Source: a virus. Taken from it: a DNA stretch of 19,979 bases. The position numbers were made by a program, and so were the translations under genes. The DNA is taken from the UHGV virus genome UHGV-0128318; one strand, written 5' to 3'. Shown piece after piece: positions 7,601 to 14,662 of the stretch (positions are counted from its first letter, which is position 1; every line of letters begins with the position of its first letter). The notes below the pieces were generated by a model. That model did not search any database. It was given only the letters and a program-made list of their open reading frames with translations, and had not been told where the DNA came from.

Positions 7601-8664
7601 ACATCGTTGAATTTCGATAAGATTTCATAGCCAGTCCGCAGGCCGGTATTCCCTTTTCCTTCTGTAGCTGATTTCCGGTCATTATCCAGTGCGCAGGTGA
7701 TTTTTGCCGCCGGGTACATGTTTACCAGTTGTTCCACAACATGAACCATGTTGTTAGCGGATACAGCGACAACCACAGCGTCAAAGCGTTTATCTTTTTT
7801 CGTGGCAAGCCAGATGGATGCACCAGTAGCAAAACCTTCTGTAACAGCGATGTTTTGCGCCCCTTTCAGCTCACCGATAACAAAGCAGGCACCGACGAAA
7901 TCGCCGCTGGTTACGGCGCTGGTCTGGTATTTTCCACCTTGTTTGTCGATTCGCTGCCAACCAACAATACGACCATCGTAACGACCGTCCAGGTGAGCCA
8001 GAGGGATAGCCATATACGTGGTTGGCCCCCTGCTCCATTTTGCGCTGTCGTGACTGGTCACGCGACGCACATCACACGAATTAAAAACGTCACGAATACC
8101 TTTTTTAATCGCATATGGCCATGAGCCGTCTTCTGCAGGAGCATGTTCCCAAGCACTGTGGAATGCCAGCCATCCCAGCAAACGTTCATGGTCCATTTGG
8201 TTGTTTTTCAGGTCATTAATTCGTTTTTGTTCTTCACGGCGACGACGTGCTTCACGTTCTATTCTTGCCCGTTCTTCTTCCGGTTGTGCGACCACGGTCG
8301 CATTATTCCGTTGTTGCTCACGGCGATATTCAGAAAACAGGAAGGAGAAACCGCTCCATGAGCCAGCATCGCTGCCTTTATGGACGAAGTTAATGAACGG
8401 GTAATCAATCCCTTTGCTGTGTTCCAGTCGGGAGTAAATTTCTACGCGTCCTTTGAGGCTCTTCTCGAGAGCTTCTGGAGATGTTTTATTGTATGAAGAG
8501 TAACGCTCAACACCCCCGCGAGGGTTGAGTTGGATGTTGTCGGAACAGGCAGACCAGTTGATACCAGCCATCTGTGCCAGCTCGGTTAGTTCATCCCGTG
8601 CTGCTTCAATTAGCGAGAACGGATCGCTGCCAAAGCGATCCGCATAGAAATCGTTTAATGTCAT
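4675..8664 (-). CDS. repA: RepA-type multidomain replication protein (primase-helicase), 1329 aa, with a Walker A motif (GMGSGKST)
   Basis: Size and position (next to cB, transcribed away from cro) match N15 repA, which is about 1.3 kaa; NTP-binding motif seen. All + strand track ORFs between 5616 and 8404 are antisense artefacts of this gene. Confidence 0.9.
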   Translation of the reverse strand: MTLNDFYADRFGSDPFSLIEAARDELTELAQMAGINWSACSDNIQLNPRGGVERYSSYNKTSPEALEKSLKGRVEIYSRLEHSKGIDYPFINFVHKGSDAGSWSGFSFLFSEYRREQQRNNATVVAQPEEERARIEREARRRREEQKRINDLKNNQMDHERLLGWLAFHSAWEHAPAEDGSWPYAIKKGIRDVFNSCDVRRVTSHDSAKWSRGPTTYMAIPLAHLDGRYDGRIVGWQRIDKQGGKYQTSAVTSGDFVGACFVIGELKGAQNIAVTEGFATGASIWLATKKDKRFDAVVVAVSANNMVHVVEQLVNMYPAAKITCALDNDRKSATEGKGNTGLRTGYEILSKFNDVRCVYPTFEDDPQMECSDFNDLHKLRGLRETARQLFATANRLKTGTDLLSLTLNRLKTIKRDNRRTFAKELLRAVDIGMLTCPVPNSPSDLFNMFCIVLREMGLENIYRATVKDHIARRLNKKCRIAQAPRSFSERITDPNKRPQHITYKRFETSVMTDDVLKYVQSLQGIVIVRAGMGSGKSTGLLRPLMHSSERGISVAHRVSLIGGLWEMMTEGKGVKADILHYQDPGYQEMAPYASKLTICINSIVKNCWQPLMRQHDYFGFDEATQGLRAVLSGRAMENPVAVFNTLIDALARTEQHPIMVDADANDLLVDLAELAMKRREELGLPAWLQIHVIELPVDVRNRETGEPIRVFYTEKDRIMTEVVKAVSDGEKIMLATDSSTFAEDVTATLRMHFPGKKFLCVNQKNKPEPEVEAFTNQPKKMVKKYDGLIYSPSISSGVSIEQKHFDRHFGMFCGEVVPSDAVQMLRRDRTAKEFIIGFDKARAKRETDPQKIERAFAQALLATAGMNGELTDVVFDGDRISMGVANTDFTRMKIKAAAIEATARNDYASNMICIMHSDGYKVSPLATDYAANDIGKDLRKEARDIVWEQTLDLHLNTETPQESEREELLKKRALTLEEQAKLVRWDIENELKLPVEEGTLKFYFDGARDKVRRYETMLLDEVTARRYDREEAAINFTYAYRQAGQWQYFVVTAMTREQADDVFKTKFPGIIDHKVKATPTVEVGARGFYALKSATLRQYFIDCGINPETMTGEATQERLKFARDNLMTAERRDLLNNVLHIGGFMTPKGKPKVPEALFKNICDSLGLKTGKRRGRDGDKRPTLRFVEPESAAFMLDILAQRQKDGLTLKTRKAEKTAIEMDRDLDLNIYMDDKTRSTNEQVQNAPHSVISEALAVLPVVVPESWAMSALSGEELATMSSWSSASIAMTFASLYLTEFMDHLSSNELRRLREYITGNSPCSYEEQGAFYG
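4950..5010. other. Candidate internal replication origin element: AT-rich stretch (catatatatatt) with three GATC sites within about 50 bp, inside the 3' end of repA
   Basis: Seen in sequence; N15 ori is known to lie within the 3' part of repA. Confidence 0.3.
8049..8062. repeat. Family-2 palindrome cgtgactggtcacg inside the repA 5' coding region
   Basis: Perfect 6-bp arms around a 2-bp centre; same core as 3366-3385 and 14369-14382. Confidence 0.6.
8287..8302. repeat. SopB-type centromere-like palindrome tgcgacc-ac-ggtcgca (family 1), inside repA coding sequence
   Basis: 7-bp perfect arms; core GACCACGGTC resembles the F sopC binding site TGGGACCACGGTCCCA; four more copies in the window. 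Confidence 0.5.
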
Positions 8665-8718
8665 TTTTTAGCCATTCCATGCGAATTATGTTTTTTCGGG
8701 TTGAAAAAATCCGCAGGA

Positions 8719-8774
8719 GCAGCCACAATAAACGCATCTTGAATTGACGGAATCCGTCGCGTTGTTGTGGCTGC
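8719..8774. promoter_or_regulatory. Long imperfect inverted repeat (gcagccacaataaacgc ... gcgttgttgtggctgc) enclosing a small hairpin (gacgg-aat-ccgtc), in the repA 5' leader
   Basis: About 14 of 17 arm positions complementary; lies between the repA ATG (8664) and the cB stop (8910). Confidence 0.4.
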
Positions 8775-8787
8775 TTCCTGAAAAGGA

Positions 8788-8815
8788 CCCGAGTTTGCCG
8801 ACTCGGGTTTTTTTT
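8788..8815 (+). terminator. Strong intrinsic terminator on the + strand (cccgagt-ttgccg-actcggg then T8); in the minus orientation the same hairpin is followed by only ccuuuu
   Basis: 7-bp stem and 8 T read directly; there is no + strand gene upstream, so it may end an antisense or leader transcript, or act weakly and bidirectionally after cB. Confidence 0.5.
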
Positions 8816-8909
8816 CGTCTTTTTTCTGCTGCTGTAACCTGAGTCAACCCACAGAACATATGCCCTGCATTAAACCAGATTTACAGTAAACAATAAACCC
8901 CATATTAAG

Positions 8910-9506
8910 TCATCTACCCTCAACCATGAATGATTTGATCGTTCCGACTATTTGGTGAACAAATTCAAGATCGCTTTTCCTGAAGATGGCGCGTTGTGAG
9001 TTTGTTCCATCCAGATAGTAATTTTCATCATCAAAACGGGCCAGGCGCTGGATAGTGATATTTCCTGCAGTATCACGAACCAGAACATCCTCGCCGGGGA
9101 CCAGTTCCAGCGCAGAATCGACCAGGAGAAAATCGCCTGGCTGATAGTTTCCCTGCGTAAGATTGCTGATAGTTAACGCATACACAGTATTGCGCTGGCT
9201 GATGAATGGCAGGAATCGCTCAGTATTTGGAACCTGTCCCGGCTTCCACTCTTCATCCGGCCCACTTTCAGTTGTGCCAATAACAGGAATGCGATCAGGG
9301 TCATATTCTGTCCCATATAGCACCCAATGCACTGGCTTGCGTAAGCACTTAGCCAGGGCAATACCTATCTCCAGTGACGGCATTACGTCGCCACGTTCTA
9401 AGTTTTGGACGCCTGCTATAGAGATATCGACAGCCTCAGCAACTTCTCGCAACGTCAGCTTCATCTCTAAACGGCGTGCTTTCAGTCGTTCGCCTCGTGT
9501 TTTCAT
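8910..9506 (-). CDS. cB: Prophage repressor CB (lambda CI-like: N-terminal HTH, C-terminal S24/LexA-like domain), 198 aa
   Basis: HTH region LTLREVAEAVDISIAGVQNLERG at the N-terminus and a C-terminal domain of repressor size; divergent from cro across an operator region. Confidence 0.85.
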   Translation of the reverse strand: MKTRGERLKARRLEMKLTLREVAEAVDISIAGVQNLERGDVMPSLEIGIALAKCLRKPVHWVLYGTEYDPDRIPVIGTTESGPDEEWKPGQVPNTERFLPFISQRNTVYALTISNLTQGNYQPGDFLLVDSALELVPGEDVLVRDTAGNITIQRLARFDDENYYLDGTNSQRAIFRKSDLEFVHQIVGTIKSFMVEGR

Positions 9507-9528
9507 AGCTTAATCATAAATGATCTTC

Positions 9529-9544
9529 TTATAGCTGGCTATAA
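9529..9544. promoter_or_regulatory. Operator palindrome ttatagc-tg-gctataa (candidate CB/Cro operator 1)
   Basis: 16-bp inverted repeat in the cB-cro intergenic region; second copy 26 bp away. Confidence 0.6.
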
Positions 9545-9554
9545 AATTTATTTA

Positions 9555-9570
9555 TTATAGCTGGCTTTAA
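9555..9570. promoter_or_regulatory. Operator palindrome ttatagctggctttaa (candidate operator 2, one mismatch to operator 1)
   Basis: Near-identical direct copy of the 16-mer at 9529-9544. Confidence 0.6.
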
Positions 9571-9597
9571 TTGTTGTTTATTGTTTATAATAACAAC

Positions 9598-9819
9598 ATG
9601 AAACCAGAAGAACTTATTCGCCATTTTGGCAGTGTAGAAAAAGCAGCGGCAGGGGTAGGTGTAACACCCGGAGCTGTTTACCAATGGTTAACCGCTGGAG
9701 AGATTCCTTCATTGCGGCAAAGCGATATTGAAGTTCGTACTGCTTATAAGCTGAAGAGTGACTTTACAACTCGGCGGGTAAAGCAGTCGATTAAGGAGAG
9801 TCGTAAGCGTGGAGCTTGA
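9598..9819 (+). CDS. cro: Cro-like small HTH regulator, 73 aa (MKPEELIRHFGSVEKAAAGVGVTPGAVYQWL...)
   Basis: Divergent from cB; HTH motif; ATG at 9598 preferred over the track's TTG at 9571. A TATAAT hexamer sits at 9586-9591 only 6 nt upstream, so the mRNA may be leaderless. Confidence 0.7.
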   Translation: MKPEELIRHFGSVEKAAAGVGVTPGAVYQWLTAGEIPSLRQSDIEVRTAYKLKSDFTTRRVKQSIKESRKRGA

Positions 9820-10519
9820 GTATATACGCAGCTGCGTCTCTACGGCATTGGCTGATGTTCATTATCTCCAGCGTGGCATTCTGGAGGTCCAGCTTGAGCA
9901 GATGCGTCTCGGTAGATCAGGACGGTTTAACAATAAACCAGTCCGGTCAATCAGTGTGGGGGATGATAACTCATACGAAGTGTCCGTTTCTGCTGAGCCG
10001 GTTAGATTCCATCAGGGGAAAACATTTAAACAATCATCAATGTTGCTCACTGATATTGATTTTCAGAGCGCCAGCTGGCGCAGGGCTATTGGTCAGTTGA
10101 ATAACGAGGAATCAGCCTGGCTTTATTATTGCTACGGATGCAAGCCTGATTACAACAATGATGTGATTGTTTGTCAGTGGTTATGGCTTGATTTTCTGGT
10201 TGCTCATTCGGGGGGCGGCTTTAAAAAAATGAAGGCCTCCACGAAAAAAGCTATGCGAAAATTGATTTATTACGCGGCACAACAGGTTAAATCAGAACTT
10301 ACGTGTGCTGAGGCAGTTGATGAGAGAGAACAGGACAGGCATCTGAGTTTTCTACTGAATATATCTATTGATAGCTGGAGACAAGATTATAAAGAACGCT
10401 GGCTTTTAATTAAGTCGCGATGTCTGAGCTTAAATCGAACTGCATTATTAAATGCGGCGGAGAAGCGCAGTGAAATCATCAAACGCCATCGGGCAGGAAG
10501 TGCCATTCTGCCTTTGTAA
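9809..10519 (+). CDS. Putative late-gene antiterminator (Q-like by position), 236 aa with CxxC (CYGC)
   Basis: Immediately downstream of and overlapping cro, as Q is in N15/lambdoid phages; the family assignment is positional only. Confidence 0.45.
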   Translation: MELEYIRSCVSTALADVHYLQRGILEVQLEQMRLGRSGRFNNKPVRSISVGDDNSYEVSVSAEPVRFHQGKTFKQSSMLLTDIDFQSASWRRAIGQLNNEESAWLYYCYGCKPDYNNDVIVCQWLWLDFLVAHSGGGFKKMKASTKKAMRKLIYYAAQQVKSELTCAEAVDEREQDRHLSFLLNISIDSWRQDYKERWLLIKSRCLSLNRTALLNAAEKRSEIIKRHRAGSAILPL

Positions 10520-10772
10520 ACAAGTTATGTTCAGGAAACCGTCGAAGCCAGAATTAAGGTATTCGGGGGTAAGAAATGAATATGTTATCTGGTGTCCAAC
10601 TTGTGGTTATAGGACACGACCAGATAGTAATAAGCAGTCTGTAATTGCCGATTGGTATTTATCAAATCAGCCAGGTAATAAGCATATAGAAAATCTTTGG
10701 ATTAAGCGTTACTTGGAAATCAGAGAGGGTGCGACCGTGGTCGCACAAGAAAATGAAAATAACGCCATTTAA
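10470..10772 (+). CDS. Zinc-ribbon small protein, possibly Lar-family (restriction alleviation-like): PFCLC ... WCPTCGY ... SVIADWY
   Basis: GTG at 10470 with GGAG at 7-nt spacing, overlapping the Q-like 3' end by 50 nt; an alternative ATG at 10527 loses the first Cys pair. Confidence 0.35.
   Translation: MKSSNAIGQEVPFCLCKQVMFRKPSKPELRYSGVRNEYVIWCPTCGYRTRPDSNKQSVIADWYLSNQPGNKHIENLWIKRYLEIREGATVVAQENENNAI
10729..10746. repeat. SopB-type centromere-like palindrome gtgcgacc-gt-ggtcgcac (family 1), within coding sequence
   Basis: 8-bp perfect arms. Confidence 0.5.
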
Positions 10773-10782
10773 GCAGGGGCCG

Positions 10783-10956
10783 ATGACGCATGATGAAGCA
10801 GAGCGTCTTTCAGATACTTATCGGCGGCGTGGTAAGAAAGTTCTGGTTGTTCGTTCTGATTTTTTAGGTGATGGATATTGTGTTTATGTTCATTTACCTG
10901 AATCAGAAAGAACGCCAAAACCATCCAGAACATATCAACAGAAAATTTGGGTATAG
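10783..10956 (+). CDS. Hypothetical small protein, about 57 aa (MTHDEAERLSDTYRRRGKKVLVVRSDFLGDGYCVYVHLPE...)
   Basis: ATG preceded by AGGGG; the track ORF 10729..10956 extends upstream across the palindrome and the preceding gene. Confidence 0.3.
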   Translation: MTHDEAERLSDTYRRRGKKVLVVRSDFLGDGYCVYVHLPESERTPKPSRTYQQKIWV

Positions 10957-10979
10957 ATAAACGTTGAGGAGAATTATTC

Positions 10980-11579
10980 GTGACTAATCAGATTATTTAC
11001 GACAGGAAACGGTCTGATGTAATGATTGACCTTGAAACAATGGGTACTAACACATGTGCTCCAATTGTTTCTATCGGGGCAGTGTTTTTTTCTCCAGAAA
11101 GTGAGGAATTAGGTCCTACTTTTTATGTGCCAGTGAATCTCAGAAGCTCGATGTTGAATGGTGGTATCGCCGATGGTGATACCATTTTATGGTGGTTGAA
11201 ACAGAGCAAGGAAGCCAGAGCCGCTATTTGTACTAATGATGCCCTTGATATTAATGATGCACTTTTTGAATTATCACACTTTATTACTTGCCATGCATGT
11301 AATTTAAAAAAGTTGAAAGTATGGGGAAATGGAGCAACGTTCGATAATGTAATTTTACGCGGTGCTTATGAGCGCGTTGGCTTAGCCTGTCCGTGGGAAT
11401 ATTTTAATGATCAGGATGTTCGAACAATCGTTAATCTTGGTCAGTTTATTGGTTTTAATCCTAAAAAAGATATGCCATTTGATGGCGAACGACACAATGC
11501 CTTGGCTGATGCTATTCATCAGGCTAAATATGTATCCGCAATTTTCTCCCGTCTTGTAAAAGGGCAAGGAGAATCGTAA
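10980..11579 (+). CDS. DEDDh-type 3'-5' exonuclease (DnaQ/RNase T-like fold), 199 aa
   Basis: Motifs MIDLETMG (Exo I, D-x-E) and HNALADA (Exo III, H-x4-D); GTG start with GAGGAG at 8 nt. Confidence 0.7.
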   Translation: MTNQIIYDRKRSDVMIDLETMGTNTCAPIVSIGAVFFSPESEELGPTFYVPVNLRSSMLNGGIADGDTILWWLKQSKEARAAICTNDALDINDALFELSHFITCHACNLKKLKVWGNGATFDNVILRGAYERVGLACPWEYFNDQDVRTIVNLGQFIGFNPKKDMPFDGERHNALADAIHQAKYVSAIFSRLVKGQGES

Positions 11580-11998
11580 TGGCAAAGGCTTTTACACCAG
11601 AACAGAGGGAAGAACTGAATAAACAAATTGTGGAACTCGTGCGCCTGAATGGACGAGGAACGGTTAGGCAACTTGCGGATGAAACTGGTATTAGCCGGTG
11701 TGCTGTTAGTCGTTTATCAAGAGAGCTTGCTGCCAGTGGTGATTTGTATATCTCTGGCTCCGGGATATTTCTGTCTGCACAAGCACGCAAGGACTGGCAA
11801 AACGCCCGTAAAAAACTATCAAGAGTAAAGCCGAAGAAATCGGTAGTGGTTGATCCAGACCTTATCTGGTCATTACCTGACGGAGAAATACGTCGTTACG
11901 ACAGGCGCTTGAACATGATTTGTCACGATTGCCGGAAAAGTGAAGTTATGCAGCGTGTGCTGGCTTTTTATCAGGGAAATTTACAGGAGGTGGCGTAG
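11579..11998 (+). CDS. Putative HTH DNA-binding protein, 139 aa
   Basis: Helix-turn-helix-like segment TVRQLADETGISRCAVSRLSREL; start overlaps the upstream stop. Confidence 0.5.
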   Translation: MAKAFTPEQREELNKQIVELVRLNGRGTVRQLADETGISRCAVSRLSRELAASGDLYISGSGIFLSAQARKDWQNARKKLSRVKPKKSVVVDPDLIWSLPDGEIRRYDRRLNMICHDCRKSEVMQRVLAFYQGNLQEVA

Positions 11999-12288
11999 TG
12001 AATATCGACACCACGATAACGATCGATACGGCCCTAAATATCGGTCTGGCACTTCTCGGTTGGTTTTACATCATGTTCAGTGCGGGGAAGTGGGCGGCCT
12101 CTGTTTTTCTAAAGCAGTGGGGAAAGCACCGCAAACAGGAAAGACGCCAGAAAGTGTTAGAGGCGTTCTATGACGCATTTGAACTTAGCCGCATTGAGCC
12201 AGGCACAACAGCCAAGATAGCGACAAAAGGCGACCTGATGATAGTGATGTTCCGACAGGAGAGAGCAGAGAAAGGGGAATCAGCATGA
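11998..12288 (+). CDS. Small membrane protein, 96 aa (hydrophobic segment ALNIGLALLGWFYIMF)
   Basis: GTG start after GGAGGTGG; one predicted TM segment. Confidence 0.4.
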   Translation: MNIDTTITIDTALNIGLALLGWFYIMFSAGKWAASVFLKQWGKHRKQERRQKVLEAFYDAFELSRIEPGTTAKIATKGDLMIVMFRQERAEKGESA

Positions 12289-12974
12289 AATTTTCCAAAT
12301 TTTCTGAGTTGGTGAATCGTATTTTGTCCAACAACCACAGCCATCGTCGCGATATGGATGTAACAATCGTTATTCATTCGCCTGGCAGCATTGGTTCAAC
12401 ACCCTCAGTTGAGGTTCAGTCAATTCACGCTGGTTTTGATTGGGATTCCGGGAAAGTGCTGATTTTCCCAGCACAGCCACTGACCACGCTAACACCAGAA
12501 CAGATTACTGATATTACTGATAGTGTGCGCAAAGGTCAGTCCTGGCACGCATATCAGGAATACAAGAAGCATAAAGAGCAGTTGGAAAAATTATCGATTG
12601 AACTTGATACCGCAAAACAGCGCATTGCAGAGCTGGAGAGCAATCGCGCGGCGCTGGCGGCGGAGCCTGTAGCGTGGCGATATCGCTACGTGAAAAAAGG
12701 CGTTACGGACTCTCAGGGGGAGCCGTGGGTTGGTGACTGGAAATATGTACCGACAACAGAGGATTGCAACGACAGGCCGAGCTATGAGATTCAGGCCTTA
12801 TTCACTGCCCCGCCAGTCCCGGTGACATCAGAAGGACTGGTTAAAGCCGTGCGTTTCTATGAACAAGTTAAGCGTGAAAATCCGCCAGTCGAAACCGGAG
12901 CATGGAAAGACGCGATTGACTGGGTGCTCAAAGAGGCCTGCCAGGTTGTAAACACTGGCATCAAAGGAGAATGA
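12285..12974 (+). CDS. Hypothetical protein, 229 aa, with a central coiled-coil (KEQLEKLSIELDTAKQRIAELESNRAALAA)
   Basis: ORF with overlapping start/stop junctions in the operon; no recognisable domain. Confidence 0.5.
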   Translation: MKFSKFSELVNRILSNNHSHRRDMDVTIVIHSPGSIGSTPSVEVQSIHAGFDWDSGKVLIFPAQPLTTLTPEQITDITDSVRKGQSWHAYQEYKKHKEQLEKLSIELDTAKQRIAELESNRAALAAEPVAWRYRYVKKGVTDSQGEPWVGDWKYVPTTEDCNDRPSYEIQALFTAPPVPVTSEGLVKAVRFYEQVKRENPPVETGAWKDAIDWVLKEACQVVNTGIKGE

Positions 12975-12975
12975 T

Positions 12976-13185
12976 ATGGCTATTGCCGCAAGTTACACCA
13001 TGCATCTCTATTGTGACTGCCGTCAGTGCACGGAAGGTGTATATCCAGTGCCAGACTTCGGTGAGTATATAGGTACGTCATGGGCTGGCTGTGCAAAAGA
13101 GGCGCGCAAGGATGGCTGGCGAATAAGCAAAGACAAAACGCGTGCTTTTGCGCCAGGGCATAAAGTTTTGAGGATTAACAAATGA
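12976..13185 (+). CDS. Hypothetical small Cys-containing protein, 69 aa
   Basis: Tightly packed within the operon; contains CDCRQC. Confidence 0.4.
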   Translation: MAIAASYTMHLYCDCRQCTEGVYPVPDFGEYIGTSWAGCAKEARKDGWRISKDKTRAFAPGHKVLRINK

Positions 13186-13577
13186 CCACTATTACCAAAG
13201 AGCGACTGCTGACAATCAAGCAGTGGCGCGAAACATACGGACCGGGTAGCAACGTTGTACTGCCAGCAGAAGAAGCGGAAGAACTGGCACGAATTGCGCT
13301 GGCATCGCTGGAAGCAGATCCAGTTAAACGAGTTAACTCAGATCAGATGCGCCGAGTCTGCTTAGAAGCTAATCGCCATTTAGATAAATATGACGCGATG
13401 GCGAAAGAGGTAAATAAGTTGCTTGGACGCATCGCCCCGCCAGCGCCGGTAGTGCCGGAAGAAATCAGTACGACCCACACAATGCTGCCCGCCATGAGTG
13501 ATCAGTTGATGGCGTTCGGTTATGTGAAGGGGTGGAATGCCTGCCGTGCCGCTATGCTTCAGGGAAAAGGAGAGTGA
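13182..13577 (+). CDS. Hypothetical protein, 131 aa (MTTITKERLL...)
   Basis: ATGA overlap with the upstream gene; shares its first five residues with the next gene. Confidence 0.5.
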   Translation: MTTITKERLLTIKQWRETYGPGSNVVLPAEEAEELARIALASLEADPVKRVNSDQMRRVCLEANRHLDKYDAMAKEVNKLLGRIAPPAPVVPEEISTTHTMLPAMSDQLMAFGYVKGWNACRAAMLQGKGE

Positions 13578-13578
13578 T

Positions 13579-14031
13579 ATGACCACTATAACCGATAAGA
13601 AACAGTATCCAGGCGAGCAATATCTTAATGAGCTGATCACCAACATAGAGTTTGCTGCAAGGGCACCAGTTGAAGTCGTGAGAGCGATGGCAGCAGAGCT
13701 ACAGAAGCGGCGCGAAGCTGATAGTGCAGAACCTGTAAGCCAAACTTACAAGTTAACTTTTGAGCAATGGCTGGAACAGCAGCACGGCAAAATTGATGTT
13801 GATTGCGGCTGTGTGAGCACTGAAATGCTTCTGCACTGGATGCGTGTGGCGTATGAGGCTGGCAACTCTCCGGTAACTCCGGATGGTCATGTTCAGTTTT
13901 CTGTTTCACTTCCTGCAGCGTTTGGTGGAGATAAATATTTTATTGATGGTGTATTTCAACCTTTGAGATATGAGCGTGACTGTGAAAGGGCGGTTGTGGC
14001 CGCTGGCGGTGTAGTTAATTGGGTTAAGTAA
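13579..14031 (+). CDS. Hypothetical protein, 150 aa (MTTITDKKQY...)
   Basis: ATG one nt after the upstream stop, RBS GGAGAG; the track start at 13537 is an extension. Confidence 0.5.
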   Translation: MTTITDKKQYPGEQYLNELITNIEFAARAPVEVVRAMAAELQKRREADSAEPVSQTYKLTFEQWLEQQHGKIDVDCGCVSTEMLLHWMRVAYEAGNSPVTPDGHVQFSVSLPAAFGGDKYFIDGVFQPLRYERDCERAVVAAGGVVNWVK

Positions 14032-14046
14032 TTTTCAGGAGGATTT

Positions 14047-14373
14047 ATGGCGCTGACACCGGCAGAACGGCAAAGGAGACGCAGGGAACGGTTGAAGAAG
14101 GAAGGCACATCAAGACGGGACTGGATTCTAGAACCTGACGAGTTACGTATGTTGGGGGAAATTTGTGTATTGCGTAGACCAGGGCGAGTTCCATATTCGG
14201 AGAACGAAGTCATTGGTTTGCTGATCAGGAAAAACTATAAGGAGCTGCAGAAGCAGCTATCTACTACTTGCCCGCGATGTGGTCAAAAAATGCCTGTTTC
14301 AGAATGCATTTTTGATGGCGAAGGGTCATGCCACCTTACAACCACGAGGCTGAAACTTGCGCTCAAAGCGTGA
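14047..14373 (+). CDS. Small basic DNA-binding-like protein with a C-terminal Cys cluster (TPAERQRRRRERLKKEG ... CPRCG ... C), 108 aa
   Basis: ORF with RBS AGGAGG; N-terminal Arg-rich stretch resembles a ribbon-helix-helix or basic DNA-binding region. Confidence 0.45.
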   Translation: MALTPAERQRRRRERLKKEGTSRRDWILEPDELRMLGEICVLRRPGRVPYSENEVIGLLIRKNYKELQKQLSTTCPRCGQKMPVSECIFDGEGSCHLTTTRLKLALKA

Positions 14374-14382
14374 CTGGTCACG
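14369..14382. repeat. Family-2 palindrome cgtgactggtcacg spanning the stop codon of the upstream gene and immediately before the next RBS
   Basis: Perfect 6-bp arms around a 2-bp centre. Confidence 0.6.
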
Positions 14383-14391
14383 GAGGGATAA

Positions 14392-14634
14392 ATGGATAAA
14401 AAGGCATTGCTTTTTGAAATGATACGAAAACGGAGCGAAAAGAGCTTTTCTGATGGTGGTGATGGGTTTGTTTTCGCTTCGATGCTTGCTTTTGATGTTG
14501 GGTTAAATAGCAGAATTGTTAAAAGGATGCTTGATTCTGCTGTCCGTACTGGACTTCTTGAGAAAGTTGATCGTGGCATAGGGAGAGAGCATAAGTATCG
14601 GGCCACACAGCAGTTTACGCAGTTAATTCATTGA
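14392..14634 (+). CDS. Hypothetical small protein, 80 aa
   Basis: ATG with GGAGGG RBS. Confidence 0.45.
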   Translation: MDKKALLFEMIRKRSEKSFSDGGDGFVFASMLAFDVGLNSRIVKRMLDSAVRTGLLEKVDRGIGREHKYRATQQFTQLIH

Positions 14635-14662
14635 AAATTGACCGTAAAGTTTGAGTTTTACC

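Noticed and set aside
5616-8404. Numerous + strand track ORFs of 61-131 aa (for example 5616..5801, 6563..6817, 7729..8124, 8143..8361) inside repA
   Set aside because: All lie antisense to the long, well-supported repA reading frame, lack RBSs and have low-complexity compositions; treated as antisense artefacts.
9163-9513. Track ORFs 9163..9513 (+) and 9173..9361 (-) within cB
   Set aside because: Antisense or out-of-frame overlaps of the well-supported repressor gene.
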